Shown here piece by piece: positions 43,498 through 52,894 of a DNA stretch of 64,000 nucleotides (position 1 is the first letter of the stretch; every line of letters begins with the position of its first letter). Under the pieces are notes generated by a model. It was not told the DNA's origin and did not search any database. It saw nothing but the letters and a program-made list of their open reading frames with translations. A program made the position numbers and the translations under genes. The DNA lies in the NCBI GenBank assembly GCA_041737355.1, contig JBGSRW010000010.1, positions 3,935 to 67,934 of the forward strand, given 5' to 3'. This DNA comes from Patescibacteria group bacterium (GTDB lineage: Bacteria; Patescibacteriota; Patescibacteriia; XYB2-FULL-38-15).

Positions 43498-45195
43498 ATG
43501 CTGTCAAAAATTAAAAAAGAACTTGCTTCGTTGGTTAATAAAAATTTTCCGTCGGCGGAAGTCGCGGAGACAGATTTTGTTTTCCCTCCGAATCCGGAGT
43601 TCGGAGATTTATCCCTGCCCTGCTTTAATCTCGCGAAGCAAATGAAAAAATCTCCGGCGGAAGTTGCCAAGGAGATTGGAGAAAAAATAACCCTCCGGGG
43701 CATGGTGGAAAAAGTTTCGGCCGCCGGCCCGTATCTTAATTTTTTTCTTGCCAAAGAAAAATTCAATTCTTTGACGCTGGACAAAATTTTGAAAGAGAAA
43801 GAAAAGTACGGGAACGGAAAATCCGGAAAAGGCAAAAGAGTTATGGTGGAATTTTCCAATGCCAACACCCATAAGGAATATCATGTCGGGCATCTTCGCA
43901 ATCTTTGCTATGGCGACGCCGTCTCCCGGCTTCTCGGCGCTTCCGGATGGAAGGCGATACCCGTCTCGTATATTAATGATTTCGGGATACACGTGGCGAA
44001 AACCCTCTGGGCTTACGAAAAATTTTATAAGAAGGAAAAAATTCCCGCCAACAAAGGATATTTTCTTGGCCAAATTTACGCCCGCTCGACCGGGGAAATA
44101 GAAAAAGATCCCAAGGCCAAGGAGGAAGTCGGCGCCATCATGGAAAAAATCGAAAGCCGCCGCGGTCCGGAGTACAGGCTTTGGGAAAAAACCAGAAAAT
44201 GGAGTATCGAGCAGTTCGGGAAAATATATAAACAGCTTGATATAAAATTTGATAAAATTTTTTATGAGAGCGAAGTTATCGACGACGGAAGAAAAATGGT
44301 CGAAGAACTTCGCCAAAGTAATTTTTTGGTCAAAAGCCAAGGAGCGCTGATTGCCGATTTGGAAAAATACGGCCTTGGCGTTTTGCTTTTTTTGCGTTCG
44401 GACGGAACAGCTCTTTATCCAGTTGCCGATATTCCTTTGGCAATAAAAAAAGTCAAGAAATACAAACTGGATAAGTCAATTTATATAGTTGATGTCCGCC
44501 AAAGCTTATATTTCAAACAGCTGTTCAAAATTCTGGAACTGCTCGGCTACAAACAGGAGATGGCTCATCTCGGTTACGAGTTCGTTAAACTCCCCTCGGG
44601 CATGATGTCTTCCCGGACGGGAAATGTTGTTACTTATGAAAATCTGTGGGCGGAAGCCCTGGGGAGGGCGGTCCGGGAAACGGGAAAAAGACACGCCGAT
44701 TGGAGTAAAAAACAAATTGAGGAGGTGGCTAAAAAAATAGTTGTCGGAGCGATGAAATTTGAAATGGTTAAGGTGGGAAAGGAGCAGACAATTACTTTTG
44801 ATATTGACCGGGCCCTAAGCTTTGAAGGTTTCACCGCGGCTTATTTACAGTATACGCACGCGAGGATTTGTTCTATTTTAAAAAAGGTCGGAACCGGAAA
44901 AATAGACTCCGCCCATCTTGACAAATTGAAAGAAAAATGGGAATATAATCTGTCCTTCGCTCTGGCAAAATTTCCCGAAACGTTGGAAAAATCCGCTGCG
45001 GCATATAATCCGGCGGTTTTGGCCGATTATCTTTACGAATTGGCAAAAGTTTTCAGTGATTTTTACCGAGATGTCCGGGTGCTTGGGGCCGATCGGGAAA
45101 CGGTTGGGGCGAGACTTGCCCTTATTAATGCGGTAAAAATAGTTTTAGCGAAAGGGCTGAAAATTCTTGGTATAGTCGCTCCGGATAAAATGTGA
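43498..45195 (+). CDS. argS: arginine--tRNA ligase
   Basis: VEFSNAN...HVGHLRN, MSSRTG, YLQYTHARICS. Confidence 0.97.
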   Translation: MLSKIKKELASLVNKNFPSAEVAETDFVFPPNPEFGDLSLPCFNLAKQMKKSPAEVAKEIGEKITLRGMVEKVSAAGPYLNFFLAKEKFNSLTLDKILKEKEKYGNGKSGKGKRVMVEFSNANTHKEYHVGHLRNLCYGDAVSRLLGASGWKAIPVSYINDFGIHVAKTLWAYEKFYKKEKIPANKGYFLGQIYARSTGEIEKDPKAKEEVGAIMEKIESRRGPEYRLWEKTRKWSIEQFGKIYKQLDIKFDKIFYESEVIDDGRKMVEELRQSNFLVKSQGALIADLEKYGLGVLLFLRSDGTALYPVADIPLAIKKVKKYKLDKSIYIVDVRQSLYFKQLFKILELLGYKQEMAHLGYEFVKLPSGMMSSRTGNVVTYENLWAEALGRAVRETGKRHADWSKKQIEEVAKKIVVGAMKFEMVKVGKEQTITFDIDRALSFEGFTAAYLQYTHARICSILKKVGTGKIDSAHLDKLKEKWEYNLSFALAKFPETLEKSAAAYNPAVLADYLYELAKVFSDFYRDVRVLGADRETVGARLALINAVKIVLAKGLKILGIVAPDKM

Positions 45196-45209
45196 TATAA
45201 GCAATAGGG

Positions 45210-45271
45210 GGCGCACTGAAGTGCAATAAAATAAATTTATTTCACCTCAGTGTGCCTTTTGGTTGGCGCAC
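45210..45271 (+). promoter_or_regulatory. argS terminator hairpin with alternative pairing partner
   Basis: GGCGCACTGA...TCAGTGTGCC-TTTT; a second GGCGCAC at 45265-45271 can also pair with GTGTGCC. Confidence 0.55.
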
Positions 45272-45304
45272 GGTAAGAAAAATAGGGGAGAAACGGAGGA
45301 GGAG

Positions 45305-46408
45305 ATGAAAGATTCTGGCGTCGAGTTGATGCCGCATGTGCACGGGCTGCCTGCGGAGCGGTGCGTGGTTTTTCTTTCGCAGCTTCGCGAGGAACCGCAC
45401 AACACCGAGATCCAGCAGGCCCAGATAAGCGACGAGATGCGCTGGGAGATGGACGAGTTCGGTTCGTTCAAGTGGTCCGAGACCACGGTGATGGGCGGGG
45501 TGAAATTCATCATCCGTCTCATCAACCGCGATCCCTTCGCCTTCATCAAGAACCGCGCCGAATCGGTCGCCGATATTTTGGCGGCCATGGAGCGGGCCAA
45601 GACGGCGGACGGCGCGACCGACATCGGCCTCGGTTCGCTCGTCGCTTCGGTCGCCCACGGCGGTCGGGACCTGCTTACCCGCGCCGAAGAACTGAATCTG
45701 CGGCTTGATCACGGCGACGACATGTCGACCGGTCTCGCGGCCACCGCCGCCTGGCATCTTCAGGATTTCGGCCTGGACCTTGCCGCCGGAACGGTCGGGG
45801 TGATCGGAGCGGTCGGCATCATGGGAGCCGGTTTCATCAAGCTCCTGGCGGAGGATGTCAGAAAGTTCCTTTTCATCGTCACGGCGGTTGACGACCGCGT
45901 CAAGAAGCTCGAGTCCGAGCTCCTGCTCGAAGCCAGGCGCGAAAAGCGGAAGCTCGAGATCGTGGTCGACACGAAGTTCCACGCTCTGGCCGAGCACAAG
46001 TGCCGGCTGGTCTACGTGGCCCATTCGTCGCCCAACGCGCCGCTCAAGGCTGAACACCTCGCGCCGCGGACGATTATCCTCGATGCTTGCATTCCGCCGG
46101 CCGTGGCTTTCCGCGATGGACGGCACCTCGTTCTGCCGGTCGGCTGCGGCGTCCTGCCCAAGTCGGCGGCGCCCAGCGGCGTCGGTATCCGGCTCGGGCT
46201 TGGCGAAACCAAGGACGGCCCGGTCACCTACGGGTGCATGATCGGCTGCATGATCGCTGCACGGCGGGAGGAAATCTATCACAGGATTTTCCCCGTCGAT
46301 CCCGGGTACGCCAAGCTGCTTCTCAATGAGGGGGGTGCCATCGGCGTAACCCACCAACCTTTCCCGGTCAAGGAGGAAAAGATCAGGGAATTTATCCGGA
46401 AACAGTAG
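45305..46408 (+). CDS. NAD(P)-dependent oxidoreductase, COG5322 / acyl-ACP reductase-like
   Basis: IGLGSL, HGD, VGVIGAVGIMG Rossmann motif, ILDACIP, YGCM; SD GGAGGAGG; GC-rich. Confidence 0.72.
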   Translation: MKDSGVELMPHVHGLPAERCVVFLSQLREEPHNTEIQQAQISDEMRWEMDEFGSFKWSETTVMGGVKFIIRLINRDPFAFIKNRAESVADILAAMERAKTADGATDIGLGSLVASVAHGGRDLLTRAEELNLRLDHGDDMSTGLAATAAWHLQDFGLDLAAGTVGVIGAVGIMGAGFIKLLAEDVRKFLFIVTAVDDRVKKLESELLLEARREKRKLEIVVDTKFHALAEHKCRLVYVAHSSPNAPLKAEHLAPRTIILDACIPPAVAFRDGRHLVLPVGCGVLPKSAAPSGVGIRLGLGETKDGPVTYGCMIGCMIAARREEIYHRIFPVDPGYAKLLLNEGGAIGVTHQPFPVKEEKIREFIRKQ

Positions 46409-46428
46409 AAACAACCAAGTTAGATTTC

Positions 46429-46463
46429 GGGGGCAAACGCAACGTTTGCCCCTTCTTTTTTTT
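46429..46463 (+). terminator. intrinsic terminator
   Basis: GGGGCAAACG-CAA-CGTTTGCCCC plus T-tract. Confidence 0.8.
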
Positions 46464-46500
46464 CTTGGTATAATTAGGTAATAAAATTTTAGGAGGAAAT

Positions 46501-48093
46501 ATGTTAAACCTCGGGACAATTTTGCCCCTCGTTTGCGCAATTTTCGTTACTATTTTAGGATGGTTTGTCTTCGTCGATAATCCGCGTTCCAGGTTGAATC
46601 AGCTTTTTTTTGCTTTCTGTTGGGCTATGGTTTTCTGGCTCTTGGGGACATTTATGATGTTCTTTAACAGTTATGATACCGTCGCGGCTATCTGGTGGGA
46701 CCGTTTCGTTTATCTTGGTGTTTCCATGATGCCTGCCCTGATGCACCATTTCAGTTTGGTCTTTACTGGCAACAAGGGGCAGAAAAAACTTTTGGTCTTT
46801 ACCTACATCGGTTCAATTTTCTTTCTGTTAATCAGCCGGACGCCGTATTTTATTGACGGCTTGTACCAATACAGTTGGGGGGTTCACAGTAAGGCGCAGA
46901 TTTTTCACCATATTTTTCTGGTCTTCTTCTATTGGGGCGTGCAGATATTCGTAATCAATATTTGGCGGGCTTACCGCAAGAGCGCTGATCCGGAATTTAA
47001 AAAGCAGGCGGCTTATGTCGTTTTGGCCTTCAGTATTGTTATGTTCGTCGGAGGCACCGCCTATCTCACGGCTTACGGGATTGACATACGCTATCCTTTT
47101 TCCTATATTTCCGGTCTCGCCTTTCCTTTTCTTTTGGCTTACGCCGTCACCAAGCACCATCTTCTCGGCGCCAAAGTTATCCGCACGGAAATCATTGCCG
47201 GGTTTGTACTTTTCTTCCTGGTTACCGAAATTTTTATGTCCCGTTCAATGGCGGAAATAGTTGTCCGGGCCTTTCTAGCTTTCATTGTTGCCGCCTTGGC
47301 GTTACTTTTGATCCGTTCCGTCACCGAAGAAGTCCGCCAGAGAGAAGAGATGCAAAAGATGGCCGCTGAACTGCAGAAAGCCAACCAGACCCTGGAGATG
47401 CTGAACCAGGCGAAAAGTGAATTCATTTCCATCGCCTCCCATCAGCTTCGGACGCCTCTTTCAATCAATAAAGGTTATTTATCCATGATTTTGGCGGGAG
47501 ACTACGGGAAGGTTGACAAGGATAAAAAGAAAATTTTGGATAAGGTTTATTCCAGCAACGAAAGACTGATTACTCTGGTCAACGATCTACTTAATATTTC
47601 AAGAATAGAAAGCGGCCGGCTGGAATACCGTTTTGAACCGGTAAATGTTGCCGAACTTACCCGCGATCTGGTTGAGGGTTTCCAGATGAAGGCAAAAGAC
47701 AAGGGCCTTGTTCTCGGAGCGAAATATCCGTCCGCTTTGCCGAAAATAAACGCCGATCTGGCAAAATTGAAGGAAGTTATTTCAAACCTTCTCGATAATG
47801 CCATAAAGTACACGGAGAAGGGGAGCATTATGGTAAATTTAAAAAATAAAGACGGAAAACTTTATTGTAGCGTAAAAGACACCGGGCTCGGTATTGCCCA
47901 GGCGGAGCAGGAAAAGCTTTTCCAAAAATTTACCCGAGGGCAGAGCTCCTACGCCGCAACCGGGGGGTTGGGAATAGGTCTCTATATCTGCAAGAAATTT
48001 ATCGAAGGACACAGGGGGGAAATTTGGGTGAAAAGTCCCGGGTCGGGCAAGGGAAGCGAATTTGGGTTTTCCCTGCCAGTTGCCCTAAAATAG
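46501..48093 (+). CDS. sensor histidine kinase with N-terminal 7TM-type domain
   Basis: ASHQLRTPL H-box, NLLDNAIKY, DTGLGI, GLGIGL; multi-TM N-terminus. Confidence 0.93.
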   Translation: MLNLGTILPLVCAIFVTILGWFVFVDNPRSRLNQLFFAFCWAMVFWLLGTFMMFFNSYDTVAAIWWDRFVYLGVSMMPALMHHFSLVFTGNKGQKKLLVFTYIGSIFFLLISRTPYFIDGLYQYSWGVHSKAQIFHHIFLVFFYWGVQIFVINIWRAYRKSADPEFKKQAAYVVLAFSIVMFVGGTAYLTAYGIDIRYPFSYISGLAFPFLLAYAVTKHHLLGAKVIRTEIIAGFVLFFLVTEIFMSRSMAEIVVRAFLAFIVAALALLLIRSVTEEVRQREEMQKMAAELQKANQTLEMLNQAKSEFISIASHQLRTPLSINKGYLSMILAGDYGKVDKDKKKILDKVYSSNERLITLVNDLLNISRIESGRLEYRFEPVNVAELTRDLVEGFQMKAKDKGLVLGAKYPSALPKINADLAKLKEVISNLLDNAIKYTEKGSIMVNLKNKDGKLYCSVKDTGLGIAQAEQEKLFQKFTRGQSSYAATGGLGIGLYICKKFIEGHRGEIWVKSPGSGKGSEFGFSLPVALK

Positions 48094-48169
48094 TCCGTTC
48101 GGGTCGGGTTGACCTTGGGTTGTAAAATGTTAAACTAAAATAATAATTTTTTAAAGTAAGACTGGATTT

Positions 48170-48592
48170 ATGTTCAAGGACCTTTATAACAACAAAGAGA
48201 CGGAAGTGGAAACCGTTATCGGCCCGTCGGTTAAAGTTGAAGGCGATTTCGCGAGTAAGGGCAATGTCACAGTTGAGGGCGCGGTTTATGGGACCATAAA
48301 AACCGACAGGGATTTAAAAGTGGGAAGTGCCGCGAAAATTTCGGCCAACGTTTTTGCCGCGAATGCTTTTATTTCGGGGGAAGTTAAGGGAAATGTGAAA
48401 GTTAATGATAAACTTGAACTCGCAGATACGTCGAAAATTTTAGGCGACGTCGAGGCAAAAACTCTGATTATCGCGGCCGGCGCCATTTTGAATGGAAAAT
48501 GTTCAATGTGTCAGGAAACGGCGCAACTGCCTCTTTCGACGGATGCGAGCCAGAACGGCATAAATTTCAAAAAAAATAATAACAAAAAATAA
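48170..48592 (+). CDS. bactofilin (CcmA family)
   Basis: ETVIGPSVKVEGD...I.GEVKGNV...GAILNGKCSM. Confidence 0.92.
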   Translation: MFKDLYNNKETEVETVIGPSVKVEGDFASKGNVTVEGAVYGTIKTDRDLKVGSAAKISANVFAANAFISGEVKGNVKVNDKLELADTSKILGDVEAKTLIIAAGAILNGKCSMCQETAQLPLSTDASQNGINFKKNNNKK

Positions 48593-48628
48593 GGATGGCC
48601 CCGAAGGAGCCGAACGGCAAAGCTGCTT

Positions 48629-49399
48629 ATGTACCAATATTTTTACGATTTTTTTCTTTCCGAAGAAAAGTATGGTAAAATTTTAGCTCTGGTGGAAAGC
48701 CGTCTTGCCGACCTCGGAATGCAAGGGAGAACAGAGCGGCTGAATCTTTTCAAGGACCCCGGAGAGTCTATGGCCGAAGGGGTAAAAAGGGGAGTAAAAA
48801 CGGTAGTGGCAGTTGGAAATGAAGCAACGCTCGCCCAGGTTATTAACGGGGTGAAGGATGCTGATCTCACTGTGGGCTTTATTCCTGTCGGTCCGCAAAA
48901 TGAAATTGCCAAAATTCTGGGAATAGCCGAGGGGACAGCGGGATGCGATTGTTTAGCCAACCGCCTGACGCAAAAAATAGATCTCGGGGAAATCAACGGG
49001 CAATATTTTTTGTCTCATGTCAGAACTTTGACCGAGGGGGTCTTCATAAGGTGCGGAAGCGATTACTGCGTACGGCCTGTTGCCAATCACCGCGTGGAAA
49101 TTTATAATCTTCCGGGGCTGGGGACAAAAGCCGATCCTCGGGACGGATATCTTGAAGCCAGAGTCAGACCGGCGGGAGGCAATTCGGCAAGGGCGACGGG
49201 GCGAAACAGTTCATTTTTTGGAGGAAATAAGCAGGGAGAAAGCAAGGAAACCTTTTTTCCGATAAAAAAAATATTTTTAGAGAGCGGAGGGGGCGGGCAG
49301 ATAGCCGTCGACGGAATAAAAACAATTAATACGCCGGCTGAGGTGAGGGTAATACCTCAAAAATTAAAAATTATTGTCGGGAAGAATAGATTTTTTTAA
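48629..49399 (+). CDS. diacylglycerol kinase-family protein (divergent)
   Basis: VVAVGNEAT, GFIPVG..NEIAKILG, IDLGEIN...F. Confidence 0.75.
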   Translation: MYQYFYDFFLSEEKYGKILALVESRLADLGMQGRTERLNLFKDPGESMAEGVKRGVKTVVAVGNEATLAQVINGVKDADLTVGFIPVGPQNEIAKILGIAEGTAGCDCLANRLTQKIDLGEINGQYFLSHVRTLTEGVFIRCGSDYCVRPVANHRVEIYNLPGLGTKADPRDGYLEARVRPAGGNSARATGRNSSFFGGNKQGESKETFFPIKKIFLESGGGGQIAVDGIKTINTPAEVRVIPQKLKIIVGKNRFF

Positions 49400-49418
49400 A
49401 AATAAATTAAAGAAAAAT

Positions 49419-49607
49419 ATGAAACCAAAAATAGATCGAGATCTTTGTATCGGCTGCGGGGCCTGCCAGTCGCTTTGCCCGGAAGTTTTTAAACTGGACG
49501 ACGGAAAATCGACGGTTATCGAGGGAGTCGATTATAAGGCGAACAAAGAAGGAATAGAAAAGGCGATCGAGAATTGTCCGGTTCAGGCTATCAGCTGGGC
49601 TGATTAA
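49419..49607 (+). CDS. ferredoxin (single cluster)
   Basis: CIGCGACQSLCP...CPVQAI. Confidence 0.92.
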   Translation: MKPKIDRDLCIGCGACQSLCPEVFKLDDGKSTVIEGVDYKANKEGIEKAIENCPVQAISWAD

Positions 49608-49669
49608 GCTCGGAATGTATTTGGCAAAACCCGGAGGATATGCTAAAAAGAAGCCATTAAGGTTTATTT

Positions 49670-49753
49670 GCCCGGGTGGCGAAATTGGTAGACGCACTAC
49701 CTTGAGGTGGTAGCGCTCGCAAGGGCATGGAGGTTCGAGTCCTCTCCCGGGCA
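49670..49753 (+). tRNA. tRNA-Leu(GAG)
   Basis: GCCCGGG/CCCGGGC acceptor; CTACC-TTGAGGT-GGTAG; long variable arm; no encoded CCA. Confidence 0.95.
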
Positions 49754-49757
49754 TTTG

Positions 49758-49829
49758 GGACGCTTAGCTCAGCGGAAGAGCACTTCCTTTACACGGAAGG
49801 GGTCGTAGGTTCAAATCCTACAGCGTCCA
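49758..49829 (+). tRNA. tRNA-Val(TAC)
   Basis: GGACGCT/AGCGTCC acceptor; CTTCC-TTTACAC-GGAAG; GGTTCAAATCC. Confidence 0.95.
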
Positions 49830-49844
49830 TGATTAATATTTATT

Positions 49845-50096
49845 ATGATTACAAGAATCATCGTTGGGGTTGTGGGAATTTTCGTAGGGTCAGTTATGGT
49901 TATGAGATCGGAGTGGTTTTTGTCTTTTTTTGGCCGGATAGATTGGGCGGAAATTCATCTTGGTTCCGAGGGCGGAACAAGGGTTTTCTACAAACTTCTC
50001 GGCATGGTTACGATACTTGTTTCCCTGATGATTATGACCGGAATGATAGAAGGTTTGCTCATGGCCATTTTCGGGCCGCTGTTCAAAGAAAGATAA
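49845..50096 (+). CDS. small membrane protein
   Basis: Two TM segments; 'FGRIDWAE.HLG..GGTR.FYKLLG'. Confidence 0.75.
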   Translation: MITRIIVGVVGIFVGSVMVMRSEWFLSFFGRIDWAEIHLGSEGGTRVFYKLLGMVTILVSLMIMTGMIEGLLMAIFGPLFKER

Positions 50097-50128
50097 AATT
50101 ATTTTTCAATAATTAATTTTGCAGACGT

Positions 50129-50704
50129 ATGCCTAACGAAAAAAATAGCGGTTTTTTAAAAATTTCGGGCGGCAACATCCTGCTCGATCCTTATTTTATT
50201 TTGGAGCAGGCGGGTCTTGGGGCGGAAATGAGAGTGGCGGATTTGGGGTGCGGCGCGGCCGGCCACTTCGTCATTCCGGCTGGTAAAATTGTCGGTGGCA
50301 AAGGGATCGTTTACGCTGTAGATCTTTTAAAATCGGTTCTTGAAGCGGTAAAAAGTCGGGCAAAAATGGAGAATGTTCTTAACATAGAAACCGTTTGGTC
50401 GAATTTAGAAATTTTTGGGGCCACTAAAATTTCTCCGGCTAGCCTTGACATGGCTCTGCTTGTAAATACCCTTTTTCAGATCAAAAAAAGAGACGAAGTT
50501 TTTCGCGAGGCAGTCCGGCTGGTAAAGCCGGGCGGAAAAGTTGTTGCGGTAGAGTGGGGGCGGGGAGAAGCCCCGCTTGGCCCGCCGCCAGAAGCTCGCC
50601 TGGAAAAGGAAGCTGTTCGCGATTTAGCGATGAAAAACGGCCTTAAGGAAGTCAGGGAATTCAAGGCAGGACCGTACCACTACGGGTTGATATTTATTAA
50701 ATAA
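50129..50704 (+). CDS. class I SAM-dependent methyltransferase
   Basis: VADLGCGAAG, VYAVD, LVKPGG. Confidence 0.88.
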   Translation: MPNEKNSGFLKISGGNILLDPYFILEQAGLGAEMRVADLGCGAAGHFVIPAGKIVGGKGIVYAVDLLKSVLEAVKSRAKMENVLNIETVWSNLEIFGATKISPASLDMALLVNTLFQIKKRDEVFREAVRLVKPGGKVVAVEWGRGEAPLGPPPEARLEKEAVRDLAMKNGLKEVREFKAGPYHYGLIFIK

Positions 50705-50730
50705 AATAAAAGAAAAGAAAAATAAAAAAT

Positions 50731-51138
50731 ATGATACACTTTTCTAGATTATTGGATTGGAGGTTTTGGTTTACTTTAAGGCCGAGTTCCCTGGGAGAAA
50801 AAACAGTCCTAATCGTTGCGGTCTGTCTTTTGGTTCTTCTGGCGGGAGCGATTTTTTTCCGTGTTTTGGCTAAAGCCAAAAAACAAAATCCGCCTTTTGT
50901 AAAAATTTGTAAGAAATTGTACAAGATGCTTTCCACGATGGTATTGGTCGGTTTTGTTCTCCTTTTTTTAAGCTATGAGCAAATCTATCTGCTGGGCTCT
51001 CATTTTTGGTTTTTGCTTTGGTTTTTGGGATTTTTGACCTGGCTCGGATTTATAATTTACCATTTTTTTGCCAAGATGCCGAAAGAAAAAGAAGAGCTTG
51101 AACAGAAGAAAAGATTCGAAAAATATTTACCCCGTTAG
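50731..51138 (+). CDS. hypothetical membrane protein
   Basis: Three TM segments, ends KYLPR. Confidence 0.75.
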   Translation: MIHFSRLLDWRFWFTLRPSSLGEKTVLIVAVCLLVLLAGAIFFRVLAKAKKQNPPFVKICKKLYKMLSTMVLVGFVLLFLSYEQIYLLGSHFWFLLWFLGFLTWLGFIIYHFFAKMPKEKEELEQKKRFEKYLPR

Positions 51139-51139
51139 G

Positions 51140-51508
51140 ATGTTGGCAGAAAGGCAAAAAGTAGGAAACTTTGGGGAAAAGTTGGCCTGTGAACATTTGA
51201 GAGAAAAGGGGTACGAAATTTTGGACCAAAATTATCGGACAAGAGGAGGAGAGATAGACATTGTCGCCAAAGAAGGGGATGTTTTGGTTTTTGTGGAAGT
51301 AAAAACCAGAACAAACAGGGCCTTCGGTTTCCCGGAAGAAGCGATCGATGCGCGCAAGCAAAGAAAATTAGTTTTGACCGCCGAGCATTACTTGGCGGTT
51401 CATCGTTTGTACGAGAAAAATTACCGGATTGATTCTATCGGCATAGAGCTCGATCGGGAAGGCAGAATTTTAGAACTTCGCCATGAGAATGACATTGTGG
51501 GATGGTAG
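51140..51508 (+). CDS. yraN: YraN (UPF0102) family endonuclease
   Basis: GNFGE..A...L...GY.IL..NYR...GEIDIVA...LVFVEVKTR. Confidence 0.92.
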   Translation: MLAERQKVGNFGEKLACEHLREKGYEILDQNYRTRGGEIDIVAKEGDVLVFVEVKTRTNRAFGFPEEAIDARKQRKLVLTAEHYLAVHRLYEKNYRIDSIGIELDREGRILELRHENDIVGW

Positions 51509-51598
51509 CGCTTGCCAAATTAATAAACAGATGATATCATAACGAATGTAACTAGTTCTTTCCGGACTAGTTAATTTTATAAGAATTAAAGCTTAACT

Positions 51599-52894
51599 AT
51601 GGCTTCACCAATATACCAGGCGATCAAACAAATTTGCGATGAAAAAAATATCCAGCCGGAATCCGTGATTGAAACAATCGAGGCGGCGCTTGCAGCGGCA
51701 TACCGCAAGGATTTTGGTACCAAAAATCAGAATATTAAAGTTGAGTTCAATCCCGAGACCGGCGATTTCAGGGTTTTTGATATCAAAACCGTGGTAGACG
51801 ACGAGCTGGCCGCCAAATACGAAGAGGAAAGAAAAGAGAGGGAAAAACGGGCCAAGGAAGGCGTTATGGAGGAAAGAAAAGAGAGGGAAGAAAGAACGGA
51901 AAAAGAAGGTCCGGTATCGGGAGAGGAAGAGCTAAAATTTAATCCGAAATTGAATATTGGTCTTACGGAAGCCAAGACTATTAAAAAAGACGCGGTTTTG
52001 GAAGAGGTTATTAAAACCGAGCTGGAAGTCCCGGGATCTTTCGGGAGGATGGCGGCTCAGACGGCCAAACAAGTTATTATTCAGAAGCTCAGGGAGGCGG
52101 AACGCGATACGATGTACAATGAGTTTAAGGGTAAGGAAGGAGAGATTATCCAGGGGATTATCCAGCGGTGGGAAGGGAAATTGGTATTGGTTGATTTGGG
52201 TCATGTGACCGCCCTCCTGCCGATTGAGGAACAGATAGAAAAAGAAAAATATAATCCCGGGTCGCGGATGAAATTTTATCTCAAGGAAGTTACCATGACG
52301 ACAAAAGGTCCCCAGGTTATCGTTTCCCGGGCCCATCCGGAAATTTTGCGTAAGCTTTTTACCTTTGAAATTCCCGAGGTGGCTAACGGTGTTGTCAGCA
52401 TCAAGGCAATTGCCAGAGAAGCCGGCTCCCGGTCAAAAATAGCTGTTTCCACTTCCGATGCCAATATTGACCCGATCGGTTCCTGCATCGGTCAAAGGGG
52501 CACCCGCATCCAGACAATTATCAACGAACTCGGAGGAGAAAAAATAGATATTATAGAATGGAGCGACGATATGCAAAAATTAATTACCAACGCCCTGTCG
52601 CCATCCAAAATTTCGAGTATCGAAACCAACGAGACGGAAAAGGCCGCTGTTGTTAAGGTTAAGGCCGACCAGCTTTCCCTGGCCATCGGGCGAGGCGGTC
52701 AAAACGTCCGTCTTGCCGCGAAGCTGACTGGTTGGAAAATAAATATCCAGGGAGAGGAAGGCGAAGAGGCGCCGGCCGAGAACGCGGAAGAAAAAAAGGA
52801 AGACGAAAAAAAAGAGGCTGTCCAGGAGGGCGTAGCGGAAAAAAAAGAACCGGAGAAAGCCGATAAACCAGCTGAGGAAGGAGGAGAAAAATAA
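51599..52894 (+). CDS. nusA: transcription termination/antitermination factor NusA
   Basis: FGRMAAQTAKQV, AREAGSRSKIAV, LSLAIGRGGQNVRLA. Confidence 0.97.
   Translation: MASPIYQAIKQICDEKNIQPESVIETIEAALAAAYRKDFGTKNQNIKVEFNPETGDFRVFDIKTVVDDELAAKYEEERKEREKRAKEGVMEERKEREERTEKEGPVSGEEELKFNPKLNIGLTEAKTIKKDAVLEEVIKTELEVPGSFGRMAAQTAKQVIIQKLREAERDTMYNEFKGKEGEIIQGIIQRWEGKLVLVDLGHVTALLPIEEQIEKEKYNPGSRMKFYLKEVTMTTKGPQVIVSRAHPEILRKLFTFEIPEVANGVVSIKAIAREAGSRSKIAVSTSDANIDPIGSCIGQRGTRIQTIINELGGEKIDIIEWSDDMQKLITNALSPSKISSIETNETEKAAVVKVKADQLSLAIGRGGQNVRLAAKLTGWKINIQGEEGEEAPAENAEEKKEDEKKEAVQEGVAEKKEPEKADKPAEEGGEK

Noticed and set aside
45242-46540. 432-aa antisense ORF over the reductase islet
   Set aside because: Shadow ORF; the plus-strand gene has the SD, Rossmann motif and terminator
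49727-50116. ORFs overlapping the tRNA-Leu/tRNA-Val pair (also 49407-49754, 36690-36971, 62578-62760)
   Set aside because: Spurious translations of tRNA genes
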